Shown here: positions 46,180 through 57,769 of the stretch, piece by piece
How the letters are laid out: each line of letters begins with the position of its first letter
Position numbering within the stretch: position 1 is the stretch's first letter
Assembly: GCF_963921235.1 (NCBI RefSeq)
Contig: NC_086097.1
Location: 185,258,001 to 185,322,000, forward strand
Direction of reading: 5' to 3'
DNA length: 64,000 nt
Origin: Mobula hypostoma
Lineage: Eukaryota
Translations under genes and position numbers: made by a program
Notes under the pieces: model-generated
The model's input: the letters and a program-made list of their open reading frames with translations, nothing else
What the model was told of the DNA's origin: nothing
Database searches by the model: none

Positions 46180-49100
46180 CGGGTGGAGTTTGCAAAGTGG
46201 TTAAAGGAGGGGCATTCTACAACATGTGAGCAAGTAACTACAAGGACAGCCCCCAATGAAACAGACCCCAGAAAGTCTGGATTGACAGCAACATCTTCCC
46301 CACAATCACCAACAGCACTGATGCACCACAGGCTGTGTGCTTAGTCCCCTGCTCTACTTGCTTTATACTTATGACTGTGAGGCAAAGTACAGCTCCAATG
46401 CCATATTTAAGTTTGCTGATAAAACCATTGTTGTTGGCCAAATCAAATGTGGTGATGAATCAGCCTATAGGAGAGAGACTGAGAAACTGGCTGAGTGGTG
46501 CCACAGCAAAATCATCTCACTAAACCTCACCAAAACCAAAGAGCTGATCACTGACTACAGGACCAGTAAACTGGACGTCCATGAGCCAATTCTCATTAGG
46601 GAGTCGGAGGTGGAGAGAGTCAATAGCCTTAAATTCATTGGCGTTAACATTTTAGAGAATCTGTTCTGAGACCAACACATAAGTGCCATTACAAAGAAGG
46701 CATGGCAGTGCCTCTACTTAGAAGTTCATGCAAATTCAGTAAGTCATCTAAAATTTTGATGAACTCCTATAGATGCACAGAAAAGAATATCCTGATTGGT
46801 TGCATCTCAAACAGATATGGAAATACCAATGCTTAAGAATGAAAACACTTACAAAATGTAATGGATACAGCCCTTTCTGTCACAGGAAAAGCCCTCCACG
46901 TCAGTGAACATACGTACAAGAAGCACTGCTTCATGAAGACTGCATCCATCATCAAGAACCCCCACCATCCAGACCATGCTCTCTTCTCACTGCTGCCATC
47001 AGGAAGGGGGTGCAGAAGCCTTTGGACTTCACCACCAAGTTCAGGAACAGTTATTACCCTTCAAACTTCAGGCTCCTGATTCACTCACCTCGACACTGAA
47101 CTGATTCCACATCCTAAGAACTCACAGAAGAATCAGAATCAGATTTATTATCACTGTCATATCTTGTGAAATTTGTTAATTTAGCAGCAGCAGTACAATG
47201 CATGCATGATAATATAGAAAGAAAAAAAACAAATAAGTCAATTACAGTATGTACATAATGTATATTAAATAATTAGATTAAAGTTAGTGCAAAACAGAAA
47301 TAATATATACAACAAAAGTGAGGTAGTGTTCATGGGTTCAATGTCCTTTAGAAATCAGATGGCAGAAGGGAAGAAGCTGTTCCTGAATCACTGAGTGTGT
47401 GCCTTCAGGCTTCTGTACTTCCTACCTGATGGTAACAATGAGAAGAGGACATGCCCTGGGTGATGGTGGTCCTTAATTATGGTTGCCATCTTTCTAAGGC
47501 ACTGCTCCTTGAAGGTACCTTGGATACTACAGAGGTTAGTACCCAAGGTAGAGCTGACAACTTTCTGTAGCTTCTTTCAGTCCTGTGCAGTAGCCCCTCC
47601 ATACCAGACAGTGACGCAGCCTGTCAGAATACTCTCCATGGTACATCTATAGAAGTTTTCAAGTGTTTTAGGTGACAAGGAAAATTCCCTCAAGCTGCTG
47701 ATAAAATATAGCCACTGCCTTGCCTTCTTAAAAGCAGCAACAATATATTGGGACCAGGTTAGGTCCTCCCTTGACCCAGGAACTTGAGATTGCTCATTTT
47801 CTCCACTTCTGATCGCTCTATGAGGATTGGTACATGTTCCCTTATCTTGCCCTTCCTGAAGTCCACAATCAGCTCTTTCATCATACTGACACTGAGTGCA
47901 AGGTTGCTGCTGCGACACCACTCAACTAGCTGGTATATCTCACTCCTGTATGCCTTCTCGTCTCCATCTGAGGTGCTACCAGCAATGGTTGTATCATCAG
48001 CAAATTTATAGTTGGTATTTGAGCTCTACCTAGCTGCCCAGCCTTGGGTAGAGAGAGTAGAACAGTGAGATAAGCACACACCCCTGAGGTGTTCCAGTGT
48101 TGATGATCAGTGGGGAGGAGATATCATTACAATCCACACAGATTGTGGTCTTCCAGTTAGGAAGTCAAGAATCCAATTGTAGCAGGAGGTGCAGAGCCCA
48201 GGTTCTGTAGCTTATCGATCAGGACTGGAAACTCCTGAGGACTCTACACTTAAGTTCTCAGTATTATTTTTTTGACTTTTTTATTATTTGTTTTTGTATT
48301 TGCTCAGTTTGTCAGTCTTTGTTTCTCTGTAGTTCATCATTGATTCTATTGTATTTCTTTGTTCAACTGGTAATGTCTGCAAGAAAATGAATCTCAGGAC
48401 AGAAAGCTTATAGTGGAAGGGAAGAAGTTGTTTCTGAATTATTGAAAATGGGTCTTCATGCTCCTGTACCTCCTCCCCAATGATAGTAGTGAGAAGTGGG
48501 CATGTCCAGAATGCTGAGGGTTTTCAATGATAGAAATGACCTTCTTAAGGCACCAACTTTTGAAGATGTCCTCGATGGTGGAGAGGTTTGTGCTTATGAT
48601 GGATCCGGCTTTACAGCCTTTTATACAGGCTGTGATGCAATAAGTCAGAATGTTCTCTACTGTATAACTATAGAAAATTGTAAGAGGCTTCAATAACATT
48701 ACAATTCTCTTCAAACTCGTAATGGAGTACAGTCACTGGCATGCCTTCTTTGTGATTGCATCAATGCATTGGGTGCAGGGTAGATCCTCTGAGATATTGA
48801 TACCCAGGAACTTGAATCTGTTCACCCTTTCCACTGCTGACTCCTCACTGAGACAGGTATGTGTTCTCCCGAATTCCCCTTCCTGAAGTCCACAATTGGT
48901 TTCTTGTTCTTGCTGATGTTGATTATGAAGTTGTTACAACACAGAATCTGTACACCTCTTCATCACCATCTGAGATACATATTTACCAACAACAGAGTCA
49001 TCATGAATTTACATATGGCATTTAAGCTGTGCCCGGGCACACAGTCATGAATGTAGAGAGAGAAGAACAGTGGGCTAAGCACACATCCTTGTAGTGCACA

Positions 49101-49520
49101 TATTGATTGTTGGCAAGGAGGAGTTGTTATCATTAATCCATACTGACTATGGTCTCCCGAGGAGAAAGTCAAGGATCTAATTGCAGAGAGTGGTATAGAG
49201 GCTTAGGTTTTGAAGCCTGTTGATTAGTAGGAGATGGTGGTATTGAATCCTGAGCTATAATCGACAAACATCTACTTTGCAGTTGTCTAGGTGCTCCAAT
49301 GTAGAGTGGAGATTGTATCTGCTATAGACCTGTTGTGGCATAGGGGAATTGGGAATTACTGTGGATCCAGGCCATTCAGGCAGGAGTTAATTCTAGCCAT
49401 AGCCACCCTGCCAAAACACTTCATAATGGTGGATGTGAGTGCTACCGGGTGATAGCCATTGAGGAACTCATTTTGCTCTTCCTGGGCATCAATAGGATTG
49501 CTGGTTTTTTTTGGAGCAGG
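46180..49520. mobile_element. Cluster of Rex1-type LINE fragments (+46180-47125; -47129-48230; -48410-49520)
   Basis: LSPLLYLLYTYDC..KFADKT..KTKELITDYR; FYRCTMESILTGCVTVWYG; YHPVALTSTIMKCF; (CTGATT)n tail at ~47129-47142. Confidence 0.8.
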
Positions 49521-50577
49521 TAGGGACTTCAGATCACTGCACTGATCACGTGTTGAATTAAGGTCAACAAACATATTTCTTCTGATGATATATCGGTGAA
49601 CACTGACTTGACATGTCTCATTCTGTATTGTGATTTTCATATAATCTCAACATTTTGATACACCGTTAGTTTGAATCTGATTACTGGAGGCATTGCACAA
49701 TTTTGCAATTGAACAAAATACAGCTCCTTAACTGTATTTTGAGAGACAAGGTAAAAACATTTCTTTAATATAAAGGCTTAAGTAAAACTTACTTTCCATT
49801 AATTAATCCTTAATGAATGGAATAATCTTCAGCAACATCCTCAGGCTTTTTAACATCAATTCTGCCACAATATCATCTATATGTAAAACAAGTGTTTGAG
49901 AGGAACATTATGCCATGCTCCCCTTATAGCTGTTGATACTGGATCAAATATATAATATGGCAAATTGTTGCAGAGTTACTTTCCTTATCAAATATTTATG
50001 GACAATTATGAAATACAGATATTTTTAATTCCTCCTTTGAAATAAATCAAACAATTTATGTGTTATCTACAGCTCCGTTCATAATTCTGTGCTTGTCAAG
50101 GATGTTAGAATGTTCAAGTTTTGACAATTAAAATCAAGAGATGTGTGAGTAGATCCAAACCTTTGCCCTTCACTTCCATTGTAAAACAAATATTCACCCA
50201 AAATTGGGAGCAGTACAGTAGCTAAAGACTTCTAATTTGCTTATGAAAGAAGTTGAGTTTTATGACTATCTTTGCCACCTCATGTGGACAGAATACGTTG
50301 TTTGTCATCAACTACTCATTTTCAGGTTTTTTAGTTCTTAAGTGATCATGAATCAGATTTTGGGTGGAATAACTGGAAAATAACATTTAGTTTGTAAGTC
50401 AGAGTTATTTTAATTGTTCTTATATTTTTCACAATGTGGTATACTCCTTATAATGTAGCTTCCCCTTACTAATATGTATGGACTATAAACTGGACTGGAT
50501 AAGACACAAGGAGCTGCAGAACAAGGTTGTGAACTTAATTAGAGACTAACAGCAACAAATCAATAAATAGTGTTTAA

Positions 50578-50765
50578 GTAACACAGACAAAATGCAGGAG
50601 GAACTCAGAGTCAAGCAAAATCTTCGTTGTGACTTATAGTACAGGGTCTTGGTCTGAAACTCAACTATTTATTACCTTTCACAGATGCAGTCTGATTTGC
50701 TAAGAGCCTCCAGAATTTTGTCTATGTTGCTCAAGATTTGCAGCATCTGCACAATATCTTGTGTT
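50578..50765. repeat. Head-to-head inverted pair of PLE-derived repeats
   Basis: ACACAGACAAAATGCAGGAGGAACTCAG (minus copy) versus GGGTCTTGGTCTGAAAC...CTCCAGAATTTTGTCTATGT (plus copy). Confidence 0.65.
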
Positions 50766-50812
50766 AATAAATGGTGCTTACATCATGATAAGATCATTGC
50801 ATTATATAGTTA

Positions 50813-51030
50813 TGTGGCGACCCACTTTCTACACAAGCGAACCGGCTCACAAAGTAGCCCGAGTGTGGGGAGAGACTTTGGTAATGCACCTCTGAAGTCA
50901 TTTCCACCCGGAAAGGGCTGGAAGGGAACTGCTTAAAAGCCAGTGCCACGGGGTTTGAATAAACGAGTCTCGAGTGTGACTTACAGACTGCGTGTCGTTA
51001 TTTCTAGCTCTGTGTGTAGCACACGCTACA
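50813..51030 (+). repeat. 5' LTR (218 bp)
   Basis: TGTGGCG...CGCTACA with internal AATAAA; direct repeat of 54814-55032. Confidence 0.95.
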
Positions 51031-51031
51031 T

Positions 51032-51045
51032 TGGTGACCCCGACG
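51032..51045 (+). promoter_or_regulatory. Primer binding site, tRNA-Trp
   Basis: TGGTGACCCCGACG is complementary to the 3' end of vertebrate tRNA-Trp (...CGTCGGGGTCACCA). Confidence 0.85.
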
Positions 51046-51069
51046 GTCCAAACAAGATTTGGACCAAAG

Positions 51070-51774
51070 ATGATCGACTCTTCATCTGTTCACGCAGTTT
51101 CACTAAAACTGCCAACTTTCTGGATGCTGCGACCACGCGTGTGGTTTGACCAAGCAGAAGCCCAGTTCCAGATTCGGCAGATATCTTTGGATTCCACACG
51201 TTACTACTACGTGGTGAGCTCCCTTGACCAGGAGACAGACGCACGGGTTGGGGATTTCATACAGTCACCCCCTGAAGAAGGCAAATATGCAGCATTCAAA
51301 GCGCTGCTCTTAGAGACCTTTGGCCTCTCACGAAGTGAGCGAGGTGCCCGCTTGCTGCACCTGGACAGTTTGGGAGACAGGCCGCCGTCAGCATTAATGA
51401 ACAAGGTGCTGGCCCTGGCTGAAGGACACAAGCCCTGCCTCATGTTTGAGCAGGCGTTCCTAGAACAACTGCCCGAGGACATACATCTGCTGCTGGCCGA
51501 TGCAGATTTCAGTGATCCCCGGCAGGTGGCGGCCCGGGCAGACGTGCTGTGGAAAACCAAGAGGGAGAGCAGGGCGTCTGTCGGACAGATTACCAAGCCA
51601 CGCGTCCAAGAGCAGGCCAGACCAGGCCCGGCAACGGAGCGCACAAAACTCAGAGGCAGGAGTGAGGAGGCCAATGAACAGTGGTGCTTCTACCACCAGC
51701 GGTGGGGCACAGAAGCCTGCCATTGCCACCCGCCCTGCAAGTTCCCGGGAAACACCAGGGCCAGCTGCCGCTAA
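51070..51774 (+). CDS. gag: Gypsy gag (open frame)
   Basis: ATG at 51070; VSLKLPTFW..RVWFDQAEAQF, FLEQLPEDI, WCFYHQRWGTEACHCHPPC. Confidence 0.85.
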   Translation: MIDSSSVHAVSLKLPTFWMLRPRVWFDQAEAQFQIRQISLDSTRYYYVVSSLDQETDARVGDFIQSPPEEGKYAAFKALLLETFGLSRSERGARLLHLDSLGDRPPSALMNKVLALAEGHKPCLMFEQAFLEQLPEDIHLLLADADFSDPRQVAARADVLWKTKRESRASVGQITKPRVQEQARPGPATERTKLRGRSEEANEQWCFYHQRWGTEACHCHPPCKFPGNTRASCR

Positions 51775-51792
51775 TGGCTACAGTGGCTGGCC
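51747..51792 (+). promoter_or_regulatory. -1 programmed ribosomal frameshift signal
   Basis: G GGA AAC in the gag frame, 5-nt spacer, then stem GGCCAGCTGC (51759-51768)/GTGGCTGGCC (51783-51792); pol lies in the -1 frame. Confidence 0.75.
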
Positions 51793-54762
51793 ACCAGGGC
51801 AGCTTCTTGTATGTCTGGGACAAACAGTCAGGACGCCGCTTCTTAGTCGACACCAGAGTGGAGATCAGCGTCTTACCCCCGACGGCGTATGACACCCGCA
51901 ACAGGGAGACGGGACCCACCCTGAGGGCCACAAACGGCAGCACGATTCCGACCTACGGCACCCGCACAGTGCAGCTGCAGTTTGGTGCCAGCCGGTTCAC
52001 GTGGGACTTCCCACTGGCCGCCGTGAGCCAACTACTTCTGGGGGCGGACTTCTTGCGAGCTCACAGCCTGCTGGTCGACTTGCAAGGGAAAAGACTGGTC
52101 CATGCCAAGACTTTCCAGACGTTCTCCCTGGGTGAAACCAAGTTGCCGGCCCCACACCTGGACTCCATCATGCTGTCTGACAACGAATTCACCAGAATCC
52201 TGGAGGACTTTCCATCGGTTCTGGCACCGCAGTTCACGGCAGCCATGCCCAGACACGGAGTACAGCACCACATTCCGACCCAGGGACCACCCCTCCACGC
52301 CCGCGCATGAAGGCTCCCTCCGGACAAGCTCCACCTGGCGAAGGAGGAGTTCAAGAGGATGGAGGAATTGGGGATCGTATGGCGGTCCGACAGCCTATAG
52401 GCCTCCCCTCTGCACATGGTGCCCAAAGCAACCAGGGGCTAGAGACCATGCGGCGACTACCGCAGACTGAATGAGGCTACAACTCCAGACCACTACCCTG
52501 TGCCACACATACAGGACTTTGCAGCAAACCTGCACGGGCAAGCGTCTTTTCCAAAGTAGACCTCGTCCAGGGATCCCATCAAATCCCGATACACCCTGAA
52601 GACATCCCCAAAACAGCACTCATCACCCTGTTCAGCCTGTTTGAATTCCTCCGAATGCCGTTCGGCCTGAAGAATGCCGCACAGACATTCCAGCGGCTAA
52701 TGGATGCGGTGGGACGTGACCTGGACTTTGCATTCATCTATTTGGATGACATCCTCATAGCCAACAGTAGTCATCAGGAGCATCTGTCCCACGTCCGCCA
52801 GCTCTACTCCCTCCTGAGTGATTTTGGCCTCACGATCAACCCGGCCAAATGCCAGTTCCGACTCGACACCATCAACTTCCTGGGCCACAGGATTACCAAA
52901 GACAGGGCAACACCTCTGCCTGCCAAGGTATACGCGATCTGCCTGTCCGAACACAGTCAAAGGCCTGCTGGAGTTCTTTGGTATGGTGAACTTCTACCAC
53001 CGCTTCCTCCCCTCAGCAGCCCGTATCACGCGCCCTTTGTTCACCCTGATGTCGGGTAAAGGCAAGGACATTACTTGGGACGAAGAGGACGCGGTCACTT
53101 TTGTTAAAGCCAAGGAAGCCTTGGCAGACACCACGATGCTGGTGCACCCCAGAACAGATGTTCCAACCGCCCTCACAGTGGACGCATCCAACACAGCAGT
53201 CGGTGGGGTGCTGGAGCAACTCATCGAAGGGCGCAGGCAACCCCTGGCGTTCTTCAGCAGGCACCTACAGCCACCTGAACTCAAGTACAGTGCCTTCAAC
53301 TGGGAGCTGTTGGCATTATATCTGGCAATCCGGCATTTCAGGTACTTCTTAGAAGGCAGGCCGTTCACGGACCACAAACTGTTGTCCTTCACGTTCACGA
53401 AGGTGTCCAATCCCTGGTTGTCCCGCCAGCAGCGACATCTGTCCAACATCTCCAAGTACACGACGGACATCCAGCATGTCTCGGGAAAGGACAATGTCAT
53501 GGTGGACACACTCTCCAGACCAGCTATCCAGGCCCTGTCCCAGGGGATGGACTATGCAGCACTGGCGGAGGCGCAGCAGGCAGACAACGAGATGCCCAGC
53601 TACAGGACCACAGTGTCGGGTTTGCAGCTGCAGGACTTCCTCATAGGCCCGGGTGAGAGGACCCTCCTGTGTGACGTGGCTACCGGCCAACCTCGCCCCA
53701 TCGTCCTGGCAGCCTGACGGCGGCGAGTTTTCGACTCCATACACGGCTTGGTGCACCCATCTATCAGGACAGCTGTCCAGATGGTCTCCAGCAAGTTCGT
53801 GTGGCACGGACTTCGCAAACAGGTCAGCGAATGGGGCAAAACATGCACGCAGTGCCAAACGGCCAAGGTGCAGCGGCACACCAAGGCTCCGCCGCAGCAG
53901 TTCAAACCCACCCGCCGGAGGTTCGACCACATTCATGTGGATATCGTGAGGTCCCTGCCAGTGTCGCGAGGAGCGCGGTACCTCCTAACTATAGTAGACC
54001 AGTTCACGAGATGGCCAGAGGCAGTCCCGCTCAACGACACCAGAGCTGATTCCTGTGCCTGAGCGCTGATTGCAACCTGGGTATCACGCTTCAGGATACT
54101 GGCCCACATTAGCTCCGACAGGGGCGCCCAGTTCACCTCCAGCCTGTGGTCGGTTGTGGCCAGCCTGTTGAGAACACAATTACACCACACAACTGCCTAC
54201 CACCCACAGTCGAACGGATGAGTGGAACGCTTCCACCGTCACTTTGAAGTCGGCTCTCATGGCCCGCCTGGAGGGGCCTAACTGGGTGGACGAGCTTCCC
54301 TGGGTCCTGCTCGGAATCCGTACGGCGCCCAAAGAGGATCTGCACACCTCGTCGGCCGAGTTGGTGTACAGCGCACCCCTGGTCGTCCCAGGAGAGTTCA
54401 TACCAGCCTCAAGGGGGCAAGAAGAAGAACCCACAGCAGTCCTGGACAGACTACGAGGGAGGCTCGGTAACCTGGCCCCCGTACCGACTTCACAGCACGG
54501 ACAGAGCCCGACCTGCGTACCCAAAGACCTGCAGAACTGTAAGTTTGTATTCGTACGAAGGGGGGCACACCGGGCACCGCTACAGCGGCCCTACGAGGGG
54601 CCGTTCAAGGTGATCAGGATCAACGTGTCCACGTACGTTCTGGACATTGGGGGGAAAGAGGAGGTTTTCACGGCGGACCAACTCAAACCGGACCATGTGG
54701 ACTCGGTGCAGCCGGTCGAGGTTCAGGCACCGCGGCGCAGGGGCAGACCGTCCAGAGACTGA
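51754..54762 (+). pseudogene. pol: Gypsy pol (protease, RT, RNase H, integrase), disrupted
   Basis: FLVDTRVEIS..LLGADFL (PR); MPFGLKNAAQTFQR..YLDDILI (RT); TVDASNTAVGGVL (RH); HPS..CTQCQ, HVDIV, SDRGAQFTS, PYEGPF (IN). Multiple stops and frameshifts. Confidence 0.93.
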
Positions 54763-54813
54763 TCCAGACTGTAGACATTGGGGGTGTATCGCCAGTTCTG
54801 GGTGCTGTAGTTT

Positions 54814-55032
54814 TGTGGCGAACCACTTTCTACACAAGCGAACCAACTCACAAAATAGCCCGCATGCGGGGAGAGACTTTGGTAATGCACCTCTGATGTC
54901 ATTTCTGCCCGGTGAGGGCTGGAAGGGAACTGCTTAAAAGTCAGTGCCGCAGAGTTTGAATAAACGAGTCTCGAGTGCGACTTACAGACTGCGTGTCATT
55001 ATTTCTAGCTCTGTGTGTAGCACATCGCTACA
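54814..55032 (+). repeat. 3' LTR (219 bp)
   Basis: Direct repeat of the 5' LTR with about 18 substitutions and 1 indel by manual count. Confidence 0.95.
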
Positions 55033-56744
55033 GTTACATGACTTACATGACTATGTAAAACCTACATGATTTTACTGAAACAAACACAAAAAATCTATTT
55101 TTAGAAATCAGGAAATGCACTTTAGAATCTTATGTATCTAATTCTGTCCTGCTCATTCTACATGGTACTTGGTCCTAAAAAAGCAGCAGAAAACTGGCAG
55201 ATTTTGTTAGTAAGGCCAAGTAAGTGAAATGACTTTGTTCTCAGTTATGATTTCTTTTTAAGTAGATAGTACATCATTGCATAATTTGAAATAATTTATT
55301 CCCATGTACAGTTATCCTTCAATCATTCTGAATCTGAGTAATGTAGATCAGTGCCAACTGTAAACACTATCATTTACTAAGTGTTTTATATAAGATATCA
55401 CCAATGCCACTCATCATATGATCTAAGAAAACGAAAGTAAAAAGGATGATACTCCCTGATCATCCTTGTGATCATGAGCTACTGAATTTGCATGGCAGCA
55501 GAAGATAAATAAGAGAGAAAGAGGGACCAGCAAGGTGCAGCAGCAACAAAGACTATTAAAGGGAAAATAAATCAAGATGCCGTGTGTTTGTCAGTTCGAA
55601 GTGGGAAATGCTGGGTGTGTGTGTGTGTGTCTAGCTCAATGTTAGGTAGAAAATTGGGCAAAATGGTGACTCATGCACAAAGACCATGAGCATCCTAAGG
55701 GTGTATAAAAATGTTTGTGAATCATTCATAGTTTGTGTGGAACAGAAAAGATTTTTTTAAATCATATGCTTGAGGTCAAAGATGTTGAGAATAAGTGGAC
55801 AATTATCTTCTTGTGCTGTGAAAAGTTCTTTTTGCACCTTCTCCATCAATGATGTGCAGCAGTGTGACAGCCTTAGTACAATAGGAGCTTTAGTTGGCGC
55901 AGTCGGTTTGTGTTTTCTCACTGTACTTTACATTGCTCATCAATTAATAATAAACTCCATTTGACTAGCTGTATCAAATCCTGTGAAAGTCTGTGGTAAA
56001 AATTGAAATTGGAAGATGTAATCATCTGCTTGGCTGCTTGGCTCCCCATTGCCGCAACATTTTTTTATTGACCTTACAATCTTCTTTTGCAATCTCTCTG
56101 GATTAAGAACGAGTTACAAAACTCTGGTTTTGTGAGTGCTGAGGTGGTGAATGAGGTCACTGAACAAATCACAGGCTCTTCCAAAATGAGCAGGAAGTAG
56201 GCAATAAAGCAGGCATGGGGTTAATTGATGAGGTGATTTGCTCCTTCCATTACTTACAAAGAGCCTCATATATCTAACTAAGTTTTAGTTAATTTGCTGA
56301 TCAATTAATGTACATGTACCTCCATGTTTACCTCCTAAAGAAACAGGTTCAATAATGATTTCAAAAACATTTGTATCTGGATTTCCCGCACAGAAGGGCA
56401 TCTTCTTGGCAGCTTAAGTTTAGAATTGAAAATGGCCGAAAATTTTTCTCCATCATTATAACCACTGGGCTGAAAAATATTGCTGCACAGGTAATCCTCT
56501 CTATAATCTTCATAAACCCTCTTGATGACAGTGTCTAATCCAAGAAATCCCTCTTCCAACATGTACCATTTGGTGCTGAAGCGCTAGAATTGAATCACAG
56601 TTCTCAATGAGATATTCTATTAATTAACAAATAGGGAACAAGATTTAGTGCTATCTAAATACCATAATACAAACTATTCCAAACAGACTTCTACTTGCAT
56701 CTTCATGGAAGACTAATTCTTTCAATTTTGTACTCAAGCTTAAG

Positions 56745-56960
56745 GAAACGTACAGGAGGAATTCTCTAGGTTAGGCAGCATCTATGGAAAGGGATAAAGA
56801 GTCGACATTTTGGTCTGAGACCCTTCATCAGAACCATAAGGTTCTCGGTCCGAAATGTTGACTCCTTACTCCTTTCCACAGATGCTGCCTGATCTGCTGA
56901 GTTCCACAGAATTTTTGTGTGTTCTTCTGGATTTTGAGCACCTGCAGGATCCCTCATGTT
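56745..56960. repeat. Head-to-head inverted pair of hammerhead-bearing PLE-derived repeats
   Basis: Minus copy CTGATGAAGGGTCTCAGACCAAAATGTCGACT (~56800-56831) abuts plus copy GGTTCTCGGTCCGAAATGTTGACT (~56840-56863). Confidence 0.75.
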
Positions 56961-57261
56961 AACAAAAAAATATTAGGTCTAGATCAAGAGGTTTTGAAAT
57001 TAAATCAGAGCGTAATACTCAAAAACACTTGTTAAGCTAATAACAGAAGATGTTTCCACCACAAAATAATAGATGCAGTGAAGATATAAACTGAATATAA
57101 AGGAACATGAAAGGAATTGCTGTCTTGGAGATTATAGCCTTTGCAGCTAAATGCTTAGTTAAACTTTCAAACAAGCACCTATGTGATTTGTCAGACCAAG
57201 AAATAGTTTTTTCTCTGGGCTGTGAATATTGCTTTGAAACACGTTTTTAATAAGTTAGAGC

Positions 57262-57580
57262 ATAAGACTATTAAGAGGAGAATTAGGCCATTTTGGTCCA
57301 TTGATTCTTCTTTGCCATTCCATCATAACTGATTTATTATCCCTCTCAACCCCATTCTCCTGTCTTCTCCCCATAACCTTTGACACTCTGACTAATCAAG
57401 AACCTATCAACCTCGGCTTTAAATATGCTCAATGACTCAGTCTCTACAGCAGTCTATGGCAATGAATTTGACAGAGACACCATCATCTGGCTAGTGAAAT
57501 CGTCCTCAACTATTCTAAAGGGATGTCTTTGTATTCTGAGGCTGTGTTCTCAGATCCTAGATTCCCCCACTCACTGTCTG
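57262..57580 (-). mobile_element. CR1 3' fragment
   Basis: CATAAGACTATTAAG tail followed by reverse-complemented CR1 3' UTR and FKAEVDRFL. Confidence 0.75.
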
Positions 57581-57769
57581 ACCAATGTCTTATAAGGCCT
57601 CAGCTTTAAATGATTAAGTTGATAAGATAATATTTTATCAAATATACAGTATGGAAAACATAGTGGAAATTGTCCTTCAGCAGACTCAGTCAAAAAAATC
57701 TTGTTTTACTACCCTTCTTTCAGAGATTGCAATGGGCCTTTTCATATACAGTATGTCCTTTATAATTTC

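Larger units (their letters stand above)
50813..55032 (+). mobile_element. Full-length Gypsy/Ty3 LTR retrotransposon, decayed
   Basis: LTRs 50813-51030 and 54814-55032 (TG...CA), TSD GTTA (50809-50812, 55033-55036), PBS, gag, then PR-RT-RH-IN order. Confidence 0.97.
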
